Below, piece after piece: positions 19,632 to 29,779 of a DNA stretch of 64,000 bases (position 1 is the stretch's first letter; the number at the start of each line of letters is the position of its first letter). The notes below the pieces were generated by a model. It was not told where the DNA came from. It worked only from the letters and a program-made list of their open reading frames with translations, and searched no databases. Origin of the DNA: Planctomycetota bacterium (GTDB lineage: Bacteria > Planctomycetota > UBA8108 > SXIK01); assembly GCA_965223265.1 (NCBI GenBank), contig OZ244999.1, positions 6,784,001 to 6,848,000 on the forward strand, read 5' to 3'. The position numbers were made by a program, and so were the translations under genes.

Positions 19632-19660
19632 TTGTACCGCTGGATGTCCCGTGGTAAGAT
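19632..19660 (+). promoter_or_regulatory. Putative sigma70 promoter of pcnB
   Basis: TTGTAC-17 nt-TAAGAT with TG extension. Confidence 0.5.
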
Positions 19661-19771
19661 ACGGCACGACTTGTGTTTAGGGCGGCTTTTCAGAGCCGCG
19701 ACAGGAACGATTCCGACCACCCGGTCGCGGCCTCCCCGACACCGCGATCAAGCCTCGCAGAGCGTCTAGCT

Positions 19772-21115
19772 TTGGAGCCACGCCTCTCGCATTCCCACCC
19801 CGACTCCAGCCCGCAGATCATCCCGCGCCCCGAGCACTGTGTCTCCCGTCGCAATATCGATGACGACGCCCTGCAGGTGCTTCAGAGGCTCAGATCAGCC
19901 GGCTTTCAGAGCTATCTCGTCGGCGGTGGTGTGCGCGATCTCCTTCTCGGTAAGACACCGAAGGACTTCGACATCGCCACGGACGCTCGCCCCCGAGAAA
20001 TCCGACGCCTCTTCAGCAATTCCCGCGTCGTGGGCCGCCGATTCCGCATCGCGCACGTATTCTTCGGCGATAAGATCGTCGAGGTAGCGACATTTCGGCG
20101 CGGCACCCAAGAGGCCATCACGACAGCCAAAGGGCGCACCATCCTGCGTGACAATGCCTTCGGCACAGCGGAGGAGGACGCGCGGCGCCGCGACCTAACG
20201 ATCAACGCGCTGTTCTACGACATTTCCACGTTCGCCATCATCGACTACGTGGGTGGCATGGAAGACCTCCGCCGCGGCGTCGTGCGCACGATCAACGATC
20301 CAGGCGAAAGCTTTCGCGAAGACCCCGTGCGCATGATCCGCGCGCAGCGCCACGCGGCGCGGACCGGATTCACGATCGATTCAGCCACTTGGGCGGCGAT
20401 CCTCGACTCTCGGCACCTTCTGCCCCAAGCAAACCCATCGCGCCTCCTCGAAGAGACACTCAAGGATCTCAAGAGCGGGTACGCGGCCGTGTTTTTTCGT
20501 CAAGCTTTGGCCTCGCGGCTTCTGGAGTGGTGGCTACCGCCCTTAGCCAGCCAGCTGCGAGAGTCCGGCGACCAGCATCCACTCTGGGGACGCCTCGACG
20601 CGCTGGACCGCCAGCTGCGTGCCGGCGCAACATATACTGTACCGGTCCTTCTGTCGGTGCTGCTGCAAACGGTCGCAATGCCTGGGCGCGAACACTGGGC
20701 GGGAGAAGCTAACAACCCTCCGGACGCGTGGACGGCGATGAACGCGGAGCTGCAAGAGTTCACCGACATCGTCCGCATCTCGCGCCGTGACACCGAACGC
20801 ATGCTCGAGATCATCACCGCCTTCAGAAAACTCATCGTCAGCCGTGAACGAGGGCAACTCTTCCGCAGCATTGCGCACAAGGAGTATCTCTCCGAGGCAC
20901 TCGATTTCTTTGAGATCGATCTACGCTGCCACGGCTGCGACTGTTCCCTCGTGGCCGACTGGCGCGAAAAGGCACCGCCGGCACCCAAGCCGGCACGGGC
21001 GGGCTTCGATCGCGGCCACCCAAAGGCGGCGAAGGGGACGAAAAAGACGGAACCTTCACGGACATCGCTGCGACGACGAAGACGGAGGCGACGTCGCAAA
21101 AAAACCGAGGAGTGA
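19772..21115 (+). CDS. pcnB: Poly(A) polymerase I (start uncertain; frame open from 19673)
   Basis: VGGGVRDLLLG..PKDFDIAT, PAP I signature VVGRRFRIAHV, RRDLTINAL, FREDPVRMIRA, poly-Arg C-terminus. Confidence 0.92.
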   Translation: MEPRLSHSHPDSSPQIIPRPEHCVSRRNIDDDALQVLQRLRSAGFQSYLVGGGVRDLLLGKTPKDFDIATDARPREIRRLFSNSRVVGRRFRIAHVFFGDKIVEVATFRRGTQEAITTAKGRTILRDNAFGTAEEDARRRDLTINALFYDISTFAIIDYVGGMEDLRRGVVRTINDPGESFREDPVRMIRAQRHAARTGFTIDSATWAAILDSRHLLPQANPSRLLEETLKDLKSGYAAVFFRQALASRLLEWWLPPLASQLRESGDQHPLWGRLDALDRQLRAGATYTVPVLLSVLLQTVAMPGREHWAGEANNPPDAWTAMNAELQEFTDIVRISRRDTERMLEIITAFRKLIVSRERGQLFRSIAHKEYLSEALDFFEIDLRCHGCDCSLVADWREKAPPAPKPARAGFDRGHPKAAKGTKKTEPSRTSLRRRRRRRRRKKTEE

Positions 21116-21192
21116 TGCACCCGCAACGATCAAAGTTGTCACTTGCATCAAACGCGTGAGCGCAAGACTGCGAAAGCAACGCTGCGCTTCGT

Positions 21193-22017
21193 CTACTGCA
21201 GTTGCCGGCCGTATCGGGAGGCCAGCTTGCGCTCAACGAACTGCAGGAATTCCTCCACTTCGCTCGAAAGAGTGTCGCGCTCTGCGAGTTCCGCGCGAAC
21301 TTCCGCCGGGTCCCTCTTGCCTTCCTTCGGAAAGAGCGCCTTGTAAGCCCCGCGGAGCTTGCGGATCGCGTCGACAGAGAAGCCGGCGCGCTTGAGGCCC
21401 ACGTCGTTGATGCACTGTGGCGACGACTCCGGTCCGGTGCCGAACTCAACACCGTGAATCACAAACGGCTCAAGGTCTCGCCGTGCGCCAAGAAGGCCGA
21501 TCATGAACGCGTGTCTCCCCACGGTGACAAACTGAGAGAGCGCAGCGCCGCCGGCAAAATTCGCGTGGGACTGCACGTGGCAGTGACCGGCGAACAGCAC
21601 GTCATTCGCGGTAATGACGTGGTCTTCGATGACACAGTCGTGTCCAACGTGGGTGTTCGCCATGAAGAAATTGTGGTTGCCGACGCGCGTCACACCGTCG
21701 CCTTTCTGCGAGGCTCGATGAACAGTGACGCCCTCGCGGAAGACGTTGCCGTCGCCGATCTCCAGTCGCGTCGGCTCACCACCGTAGCCAACGTCCTGCG
21801 GCGGCCCGCCGATGACGGCTGTGGGAAAGATGCGATTGTTCTTACCAATGCGCGTCGGACCGTGGATCACTGCGCCAGCACCAATCCAGGTACCGCTATC
21901 GATGTCGACGCCGCTGCCGATCACGACACCCGGCTCAACCTCAACGTCGTCAGCGACGCGCGCCTCTTCGTGAACCCAGACGCCGTCAACTAACCGATAT
22001 CCAGAAGCGGGTTTCAC
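21193..22017 (-). CDS. lpxA: Acyl-ACP:UDP-N-acetylglucosamine O-acyltransferase (start GTG 22017 or 22047)
   Basis: Hexapeptide repeats, GGPPQDVGY, REGVTVHR, MANTHVGHDC, FAGHC, INDVGLKRAGF helical C-terminus. Confidence 0.9.
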   Translation of the reverse strand: MKPASGYRLVDGVWVHEEARVADDVEVEPGVVIGSGVDIDSGTWIGAGAVIHGPTRIGKNNRIFPTAVIGGPPQDVGYGGEPTRLEIGDGNVFREGVTVHRASQKGDGVTRVGNHNFFMANTHVGHDCVIEDHVITANDVLFAGHCHVQSHANFAGGAALSQFVTVGRHAFMIGLLGARRDLEPFVIHGVEFGTGPESSPQCINDVGLKRAGFSVDAIRKLRGAYKALFPKEGKRDPAEVRAELAERDTLSSEVEEFLQFVERKLASRYGRQLQ

Positions 22018-22571
22018 GTCTGGCGTTCCTCGTTTCGCTCCACTCACCTCTTGGCCTTCAAACCGGCCTCCTCGTAACGCGGCGCCGGTGTTTGGGCAAT
22101 ACTTTTTTTTGCTTTTTTGGTTTTGAGAAGGCATATGAATACACACTTGGCGACGCGCTGCCAATGAAAAGGTTTTGTCGCTCGGCCACAGCTCAAAGGG
22201 TCGGCACGTACCGCGCATCTTCGCGGCTGCGGCGGCTGGATGGCCGTTGACGATTCTGAGTGGTGAAGGCTGGTCGAGGCTTCTATTTGCGCGGAGCGAG
22301 CGCAAGCGACCCTGGAGGCGGTCGTTGAGGACGGGCGATAGAATCAGGGTAGAACGCGCCGGCGGGGCGATCGCCCAAATTTGTCAGCAGCGGCTGAGGA
22401 AGCGCGCCTTCACAAGCAACTCGACGGCGTTCGGCTCCGGCGCCGCGCTCGGCTGCTCCCTACGGGAATCACCGACGGCGACGAATACGATTGTGAAGTT
22501 GAACGGCCCCGACGACAACGTCGCGACGTGCGAAGCGCACGTGCGACATTAGGACACCCTCGCGAAAGTTC

Positions 22572-23672
22572 ATGAAAAAACAGGAAACGACCTACCGGAT
22601 ACAGCGCTTCACCGAACCTCTGGCGACTGAGTCCGGCGCGGTTCTGCCGAGCTTCGAGCTCGCCTATGAGAGTTGGGGTGTTCCCCGCGAGCGTCCCGAA
22701 GACACCGTGGTCGTGCTCCACGCGCTGTCGGGATCGAGCCATGCGCTCAGTTCCCCCGGTGTGAAAACACCGGGCTGGTGGCAAGGACTCCTTGGCGGCG
22801 AGGCGCCGCTCGGCCCGGCGCGACGGTTCGTCATCTGCTCGAATCTGCTCGGCGGCTGTAGTGGAAGCACAGGCCCAAGCTCCATCGACCCGACGCAAGG
22901 CCAGCCGTACGCCGTCGACTTCCCCGCGCTGACGATCGGCGATCTGGTGGAGTCGCAAAGACGACTTCTCCAGGCGTTGGACATCCCGTTTCCGGTGACC
23001 CTGGTCGGTGGATCCATGGGCGGCATGCTGGCACTCGAGTGGGCGGTTCGTTATCCCGAAGAGGTGTACCGCCTCGTCGGCGTCGGAACACCAGGGCGAT
23101 CGTTCGCGCAGACGATCGCCCTACGGGCGGTACAGCGCGAGGCGATTCTCAACGACCCCGGGTGGAAAGGGGGACGCTATTACCCCGGGCCTGGCCCGAC
23201 GAACGGCATGGCTCTGGCGCGCAAGATCGGCATGATCACCTACCGCTCGGCAGCTGAATTCGAAGAGCGGTTTGGACGTGCGATGCGCGACCCGCGGCCC
23301 CACTTTCTTGACGGCTTCTTTGAAGTGCAGTCGTATCTGAACCACCAAGGGGGAAAGTTTGTCGATCGATTCGACGCCAACACCTACTTGTACTACTCGC
23401 GCGCGATGGACCTCTTCGATCTCAGCAGCGACTATGAATCGCTCGCCGCGGCCCTGGCTCGAGTGACGGCACGGTGCCTGCTAGTCGCGATCGACAGCGA
23501 TTTCCTCTGCCCACTCGAGCAGATGGCCGAAGTCGAAGAGGCTCTCAAGGGAGCCGGGAGAATCTGCGAACTCGAAGTCATCCGGTCAATTCATGGCCAC
23601 GATGGCTTCCTCATCGAAGCCGAACAGATCAATCAGCGAATCGAGAAGTTCTTGGAGACGACGGGTCGCTGA
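22572..23672 (+). CDS. metX: Homoserine O-acyltransferase (MetX family)
   Basis: HALSG, NLLGGCSGSTGP, GGSMGG nucleophile, ARKIGMITY, RFDANTY, HGHDGFL. Confidence 0.93.
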   Translation: MKKQETTYRIQRFTEPLATESGAVLPSFELAYESWGVPRERPEDTVVVLHALSGSSHALSSPGVKTPGWWQGLLGGEAPLGPARRFVICSNLLGGCSGSTGPSSIDPTQGQPYAVDFPALTIGDLVESQRRLLQALDIPFPVTLVGGSMGGMLALEWAVRYPEEVYRLVGVGTPGRSFAQTIALRAVQREAILNDPGWKGGRYYPGPGPTNGMALARKIGMITYRSAAEFEERFGRAMRDPRPHFLDGFFEVQSYLNHQGGKFVDRFDANTYLYYSRAMDLFDLSSDYESLAAALARVTARCLLVAIDSDFLCPLEQMAEVEEALKGAGRICELEVIRSIHGHDGFLIEAEQINQRIEKFLETTGR

Positions 23673-23723
23673 CTGGCTACGCGTCAGGAGGCTGCGGCAA
23701 TCACCTAACGCGTCCGACAGAGG

Positions 23724-24560
23724 CTATTTCCTCTCCGACTCGCCCGACTCGTCGCCGACCAAGCGCACAAACCGGACAACCGTTCCGCCCTCTTCGTTGA
23801 CCTTGCCGTCTTTGTCCTTGGTGATGAGTCGGAGCTCCTGGTAGTAGTCGCCGACTGGAATCACGAGTCGTCCGCCAGGTTTGAGCTGGCGGATCAACGC
23901 CTCAGGCACCTTCTGCGGCGCGGCCGTAACGATGATCGCGTCGTAAGGCGCGGCGTCTTCATGTCCCATGCGCCCATCGCCGACGACGAAGTGGATCTTG
24001 TCAGGAGTGAGGACACTCTCCCCCTGCAATCGCTCGATCGTCCCACGTGCCTCTGAGGCAAGCGCCGGCAGAATCTCTACCGTGTACACGCTCTTCGCCA
24101 GCTCACCAAGGATCGCCGCCTGGTAGCCCGAACCTGTACCGATTTCGAGGACCGTCTCTGTGCCGTCGAGATCGAGGAGCTCCGTCATGATGGCCACGAC
24201 GGTCGGTTGCGAAATCGTCTGCCCTTCGTTGATCGGTAGCGCGTTGTCAACGTAGCTCCGCGCGCGGATCTCAGGCGGCACGAACTCATGTCGCGGCACG
24301 CGGCGCATAGCGTCCAGCACACGGCGGCTCTTAATGTTCGCTTGCAACGCATCGACCATTCGATTGCGTAGCTTCGCGTAGTCAGCTGGCGTTGGCACAG
24401 CACCAGTCTCCGAATGTGATCCGGTTTTGACCCCGCGCGGCGGCGCGCTCTGAGGGTCGGGAGCATCACAGCGCGCGAGCCCGAGACAGACCGCAAGACA
24501 GGCGACGGGTACCCAGCGGTGAATGAGCCACCGCCACGCGGTGGACCGACGCCGGGGCAT
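23724..24560 (-). CDS. pcm: Protein-L-isoaspartate O-methyltransferase with N-terminal hydrophobic extension (start uncertain)
   Basis: VPRHEFVP, GQTISQP, VLEIGTGSGYQAA, APYDAIIVTAA, QLKPGGRLVIPVG, VRFV. Confidence 0.92.
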   Translation of the reverse strand: MPRRRSTAWRWLIHRWVPVACLAVCLGLARCDAPDPQSAPPRGVKTGSHSETGAVPTPADYAKLRNRMVDALQANIKSRRVLDAMRRVPRHEFVPPEIRARSYVDNALPINEGQTISQPTVVAIMTELLDLDGTETVLEIGTGSGYQAAILGELAKSVYTVEILPALASEARGTIERLQGESVLTPDKIHFVVGDGRMGHEDAAPYDAIIVTAAPQKVPEALIRQLKPGGRLVIPVGDYYQELRLITKDKDGKVNEEGGTVVRFVRLVGDESGESERK

Positions 24561-24779
24561 ACAGCGCTGCATGAGATCAGTTCTCCCGCTCAAGTGTCGC
24601 TCCGGAGGCTCCTCACCAAGGGCCGCCAAAACCGGGCTCGGCCGGCGAGAAGCTCGCCGACCCACGAGCCCAGCGCCCAGCGACGTTCGCTGAAGAGCCC
24701 GCTCTTGTCAGACTCCTAAGATCTTATAGCAAGGATGATCGGCCGCCATGAGATTTCTCCAGGCCGCGAGCTGCGGCTC

Positions 24780-25868
24780 TCACGAGTCCGCCTCAGCGTA
24801 GTCCGTGAACGACCGAACGCTCTCCTCGTCAAGTCCGCGCACCACGTGACCGAGCAGCTCGTACGCGTTGACATAGTCCTCCCACTGAATCAGCGACACG
24901 TGCGTGTGGATGTGACGCGCCGGGACAGCGATCACGACCGTCGGCACTCCACGCCCGTGCATATGAATCGAGCGAGCATCTGTGCCGCCGCTTCGCCGCA
25001 CCGCCGTCTGCACTGCGATGCCGTGCGCTTCAGCCGTACGTTCGACGAAACGCACCAACCGGCGGTTTGAAAGTGCCGTTGGATCGTACAGCCGTATCTG
25101 CGGCCCACCACCGAGCACACTCTGCCGCTCGGTGAAACCGGGAAGGTCGTCCGCGGGCGTTCCCTCGAGCACGATCCCGACATCGGCCGAGGCGACTTCG
25201 CACGCCGTCGCCGCGCCGCGACAACCGACTTCTTCCTGGACCGCAGCAACGCCAACCACCGTGTTGGGGTGGTCGGTCGCGCTCAGCGAGCGCAGCAACT
25301 CACAGAGCAGACCGACGCCGACTCGATCATCGAACGCTTTACAACTCAAGACGCCGTTGACGCCGAATTCGACCCACTCGCTATGCGGCGCGATGGCATC
25401 GCCAACTCGAATGCCGAGGTCTTCGACTTGCCGGCGCGACGATGCTCCGACATCGACATACATCTTTTCGAGCCCAAGTACTTGGTCGCGTTCCTTCCCC
25501 TTCAGAAAGTGCGGTGGAGTCGAACCGATAACCCCGGCGATCGTCCCTGAGTCTGTGAGGACCTGCACCCGCTGCGCGAGAAGTACATGCCCCCACCATC
25601 CGCCGAGCGGCACGAATCTTAGACGGCCTTCGTCCGTGATGCTCTGAACCATAAAGCCGACTTCGTCCATATGCGCATCGACAAGCACACGCGGAGACTT
25701 CGTCTTCCCACCGACCTCGCAAATCAAACTTCCAAGAGCGTCGTATGAGATCTCGCCGACCTCCTCGACAGTTTCACGGACGATGCGACGAACGGCCCTC
25801 TCCGCGCCCGGAACGCCAGGTGCAAGCGCCAAGCGACGCAAGAGTTCCCGATTTGGTTGCTGCGACAT
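24780..25868 (-). CDS. M42 family metallo-aminopeptidase
   Basis: AHMDEVG, KAFDDRVG, QEEVGCRGA, GGTDA, RHIHT; ATG 25868 with GAGGAAGGA SD. Confidence 0.93.
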   Translation of the reverse strand: MSQQPNRELLRRLALAPGVPGAERAVRRIVRETVEEVGEISYDALGSLICEVGGKTKSPRVLVDAHMDEVGFMVQSITDEGRLRFVPLGGWWGHVLLAQRVQVLTDSGTIAGVIGSTPPHFLKGKERDQVLGLEKMYVDVGASSRRQVEDLGIRVGDAIAPHSEWVEFGVNGVLSCKAFDDRVGVGLLCELLRSLSATDHPNTVVGVAAVQEEVGCRGAATACEVASADVGIVLEGTPADDLPGFTERQSVLGGGPQIRLYDPTALSNRRLVRFVERTAEAHGIAVQTAVRRSGGTDARSIHMHGRGVPTVVIAVPARHIHTHVSLIQWEDYVNAYELLGHVVRGLDEESVRSFTDYAEADS

Positions 25869-26107
25869 GAATCCTTCCTCTTCGCGCCGCGTGTAGGCCC
25901 GATATCGCGGCGACATGAGCTTCTCAGGCGGGCTGCTCGTCACGAACGCACGCAGGGTAAACCAACTCAATCCGTGGATGCGAGGCCATAAGTCAGCTGC
26001 CGCGCAAACTCGAGGTAAAGCGCCGCCAGTGAAATGCGGCGACAGTGACGATACGATAGCAAGTCATACCATTCCGCCCCCGTCCGTCTCTACAGACCGA
26101 GGTCAAC

Positions 26108-27574
26108 GTGAGAGAGCCGTTGTTCGAGCCGACACGCGTCATCGCTGGCGTCCTGGGGGTTGTTCTTGCAATGTCCGTAATCGCTGCCAACGAGACGCCA
26201 CCCGATCCACGGACGCAGAGGGGCGCGGGAGAATCCTCTCAGCCGGTCAGTGCGGAGGAGTTAGCAAAACGGCGCGCCCAGGTCGTCGAGGCGCTGGAAG
26301 CCGACGCCGACGGGAACTCGTTCCTCCTCCTCCTAGCTCCGCCGCGCGCCCAGTTCGCGGGAGATGTCAACTACCCTTATCGGCCCTCCAACGATCTCTA
26401 CTACCTGACCGGAATCGACGAGCCAGACGCCGCACTCCTGCTCTCGAAGAAGCCGTTCGAGCACGGGAACGCCTTGCTCTTCCTACGACCGCAGAGCGAA
26501 TTCTCGGTGCTTTGGAATGGCCGTCGATTGGACGCGCCGGAAGCGGCGCGAGTCAGTGGCGTTGCCATCGAGGCCATTCTCGACGTCGACAGCCTGAAGG
26601 ACAGAGTCCGCACCTCCGTCGGAAGCAGCACGCCGCCGCATCGCCACCGCTCTGCGTATCCAAGTGCCGGTCACCTCTACTTCGACGCAGGTCCCGCGTT
26701 CGCTGCCGGCGAACCTGCCAGCAGCGGCTACGGGTTTCTGCTTTCAACGCTGGGAAGTGCAGCATTTCATCTGGATCTGAAACTGCCGAGCTCTGCCATC
26801 CATCCGCTGCGACAAGTGAAGTCGGACGCCGAAATCGCAACCCTCGCACGCGCCGTTGAAATCACATGCACGGCGCTCAAACGGGCCATCGAGGCGGTTC
26901 GCCCCGGGCTTTTCGAATACGAAGTGCGCGCCTTGATCGAGTCGACGTTCCTCGAGGCCTCAAGCTCAGGGTGGGGCTTTCCGTCGATCGTGGCCAGCGG
27001 CGCCAACGCTTGCACGCTGCACTACGCGGACTCTTCGCGCCAGCTCGAGCCGGGCGACCTTCTGCTCATGGACGTCGGCGCCGAGTATGGCTACTACTCC
27101 GCCGATGTGACACGCACCATTCCGGTGAGCGGACGCTTCACAGAACGTCAGCGAGCACTCTACGAAGCCGTGCTGCGTACTCAGGAACACGTCATCGAAT
27201 CGGTCAAGCCCGGGACAACCATGAAGGAGCTGCACACGCTTTCAAAAGAGAAGCTGGCGGCGGAACTCATCGCCCTCGGCGAGCTCGAGGAGGAGGGCGA
27301 GATCGGTGCGCTGCTGCCGCACCGGACGTGTCACGGTCTTGGCTTGAGCGTCCACGACCCGTCGCCGATCGAGCAACTCGCTCCCGGCATGGTGATCACC
27401 ATCGAACCAGGTGTCTACTTGCTGGGCGAGGGCATCGGAATCCGCATCGAGGACGACGTCGTCGTCACTGCCGACGGGTGTCGCGTTCTCAGTGCATGCG
27501 TTCCGAAGTCGCCCGACTCGATCGAAATGTTGATGCGCCAGGGCACTTCGTCATCCCGCCCAGATTCACGTTGA
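26108..27574 (+). CDS. pepP: Xaa-Pro aminopeptidase (M24B) with probable signal peptide
   Basis: AMP_N region (YRPSNDLYYLTG), metal ligands MDVG..SADVTRT, HGLGLSVHD, TIEPGVY, IRIEDD; hydrophobic N-terminus. Confidence 0.9.
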   Translation: MREPLFEPTRVIAGVLGVVLAMSVIAANETPPDPRTQRGAGESSQPVSAEELAKRRAQVVEALEADADGNSFLLLLAPPRAQFAGDVNYPYRPSNDLYYLTGIDEPDAALLLSKKPFEHGNALLFLRPQSEFSVLWNGRRLDAPEAARVSGVAIEAILDVDSLKDRVRTSVGSSTPPHRHRSAYPSAGHLYFDAGPAFAAGEPASSGYGFLLSTLGSAAFHLDLKLPSSAIHPLRQVKSDAEIATLARAVEITCTALKRAIEAVRPGLFEYEVRALIESTFLEASSSGWGFPSIVASGANACTLHYADSSRQLEPGDLLLMDVGAEYGYYSADVTRTIPVSGRFTERQRALYEAVLRTQEHVIESVKPGTTMKELHTLSKEKLAAELIALGELEEEGEIGALLPHRTCHGLGLSVHDPSPIEQLAPGMVITIEPGVYLLGEGIGIRIEDDVVVTADGCRVLSACVPKSPDSIEMLMRQGTSSSRPDSR

Positions 27575-28393
27575 CCCAGAATGCATCGCCGGTGCGCAAA
27601 CAGCGAACGCGCCGTAGCCCACGACGCGCTCGCGCGAGCCTGACGTATCGCTGGAGTTCTGCATCGACAGCGCGCGTACGTGCAGTCCTTTCCGCCGGGC
27701 GACCTCCAAGAGAGCGTTGATCGGTTTGTGACCACACGCGTCGTCGCCGCCGACCGGCTCCAGCGCCTCGATGCGCTCGCATGTGGCGCGATCAAGACGC
27801 CGGGCCGTCCGATCGTCGTGGTAGTGACTCAGATCTGAGCTGATCAGAATCACGGTCTCGTCACCGCCCCACACCGCCTCGAGCACATCGCTCAGCACCG
27901 CGGTGGTGACGCTGCCGACCAGGAGCGGCACGATGGAGAAACGGTCAAACAGCTGTTGCAAAAAGGGCAGATGAACTTCGAGGCAATGTTCCTCGCGATG
28001 AGCCTCGTCGAGGCGCGCCACAGCGCCTCCCTCACACAAGCGCGCAACCGTTTCGGTGTCGATTGGGACCCGGCCAAGAGGCGTCACGAACGCCGCGGCG
28101 CTCGAAGCCGCGACGCCGCGGAACGGGACGCGGTGCGCCGGGCCGACGATCACGACGCGTGTCGTCGAGCTCGCACCGGCGGCGAGAGCAGCGTAAGCGT
28201 GCGCGGCCACCTGCGCGGAGTAGATGTATCCGGCGTGCGGTGCGATGACGGCCTTCGCCGCTTCACTCGCCTCGGCAATAGCAGCGAGGTGGTGGCGAAC
28301 CGCAGCTCGGAGCTCATGCGCATCTGCCGGATAGAAGAGACCGGCGACTGCCGCCGGGCGGACTTTCACAGGCGTTCCTTTCGATGGTTCCAT
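27566..28393 (-). CDS. amrB: AmmeMemoRadiSam system protein B (MEMO1-like)
   Basis: VRPAAVAGLFYP, APHAGYIYS, GPAH, EHCLEVHLPFLQ, SSDLSHY, ACG, VVGYGA. Confidence 0.93.
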   Translation of the reverse strand: MEPSKGTPVKVRPAAVAGLFYPADAHELRAAVRHHLAAIAEASEAAKAVIAPHAGYIYSAQVAAHAYAALAAGASSTTRVVIVGPAHRVPFRGVAASSAAAFVTPLGRVPIDTETVARLCEGGAVARLDEAHREEHCLEVHLPFLQQLFDRFSIVPLLVGSVTTAVLSDVLEAVWGGDETVILISSDLSHYHDDRTARRLDRATCERIEALEPVGGDDACGHKPINALLEVARRKGLHVRALSMQNSSDTSGSRERVVGYGAFAVCAPAMHSGST

Positions 28394-28524
28394 CGCGTTG
28401 TACACTATCGATAGCGTCGATCGACAGCACCGCGTGCCATGCAGCGTCCGGCGCGGCCGGCGCTCCACACGCGGAGGCAGACACCAGCGTAGTCTCCGAA
28501 CGCCCACAGCGGAAGAACCTGTCC

Positions 28525-29628
28525 ATGGCGGCGAACCCTCACACTCACATCCACCCCGGTCGATTCTGGCATCGCCTCGACGACGGCCGCATTCAATGTG
28601 ACCTGTGCCCGCGCTACTGCTGCCTCGACGAAGGGCAGAGAGGGCTTTGCTTCGTCCGCCAGCGACTCGGCGACCAGATCGTGCTCACGACCTATGGTCG
28701 ATCGAGCGGCTTCTGCGTCGATCCCATCGAAAAGAAACCCCTGAATCATTTCCTCCCGGGCACCCCGGTTCTGTCGTTCGGCACTGCTGGCTGTAACCTA
28801 GCGTGCAAGTTCTGCCAAAACTGGGACATCAGCAAGTCGCGTGAAATGGACACCCTGGCGGACGCGGCCTCGCCAACACGCATCGCCGCTGCTGCCGAGC
28901 GGCTCCGCTGCCGCAGCGTCGCGTTCACGTATAACGACCCGGTGATCTTTCATGAGTACGCCGTCGACGTTGCCGCTGCTTGCCGCGAACGAGGCATCAA
29001 AACCGTGGCCGTGACTGCGGGTTACGTCACGCCGCAGCCGAGGGCGGAGTTCTTCACCGCCATGGACGCTGCCAACGTCGACCTCAAAGCCTTCACGCAC
29101 AGTTTCTATCGACGGATCTGCGGTGGCGACCTCGACACAGTCCTCGACACGCTCCGCTATCTCAAGCGCGAAACGAACGTCTGGTTCGAGATCACGACCC
29201 TGCTCATCCCGGACGAGAACGACTCCAATGCCGAACTCGAAGAGATGACGCAGTGGGTCGTCGCCGAACTCGGGCCGGACGTACCGATGCACTTCACCGC
29301 GTTTCACCCGGACTGGAAGATGATGGAGACCCCACACACACCTCCGAGGACACTGTCCCGCGCCCGCATGATCGCCATGAAAAACGGCGTCCGGTACGCC
29401 TACACAGGAAACGTCCACGATCCAGCCGGCGCGAGCACGTACTGTCCTGCATGTGGCGACCGCCTCATCGGCCGAGATGGATACGACATCACGTGCTGGA
29501 ACCTTTCGCACGCGAGTTGCGGGACTTGCGGTGAGGGAGTTGCGGGCGTCTTCGACGCACAGCCCGGCGACTGGGGCGCTCGAAGACTTCCTGTCGATCT
29601 CAGCGCGAGCGGCGGCAGCCCGACCTAG
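28525..29628 (+). CDS. amrS: AmmeMemoRadiSam system radical SAM enzyme
   Basis: CDLCPRYC N-terminus, DPIEKKPLNHF, GCNLACKFCQNW (CxxxCxxC), FTAFHPD, YTGNV, C-terminal CxxC pairs. Confidence 0.95.
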   Translation: MAANPHTHIHPGRFWHRLDDGRIQCDLCPRYCCLDEGQRGLCFVRQRLGDQIVLTTYGRSSGFCVDPIEKKPLNHFLPGTPVLSFGTAGCNLACKFCQNWDISKSREMDTLADAASPTRIAAAAERLRCRSVAFTYNDPVIFHEYAVDVAAACRERGIKTVAVTAGYVTPQPRAEFFTAMDAANVDLKAFTHSFYRRICGGDLDTVLDTLRYLKRETNVWFEITTLLIPDENDSNAELEEMTQWVVAELGPDVPMHFTAFHPDWKMMETPHTPPRTLSRARMIAMKNGVRYAYTGNVHDPAGASTYCPACGDRLIGRDGYDITCWNLSHASCGTCGEGVAGVFDAQPGDWGARRLPVDLSASGGSPT

Positions 29629-29779
29629 CGCGAGGGAGGAGCCGAGCCGAACGGTGTAAGGTCAGAGTGCGCGTCTGACGCAGGCCGTTCGTGAACGAGA
29701 ACGACGATTCTCCAGCGCGAAGAATCGTGCTGGATTTTGTGGCGGTGCCGACACGGAGGCGCTCACCGGTCCCGTCTCG

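Noticed and set aside
22340-22560. SAM riboswitch upstream of metX
   Set aside because: GCGGCTGAGGAAG...GCAAC resembles SAM-I, but the P2 partner strand, P1 pairing and terminator could not be found.
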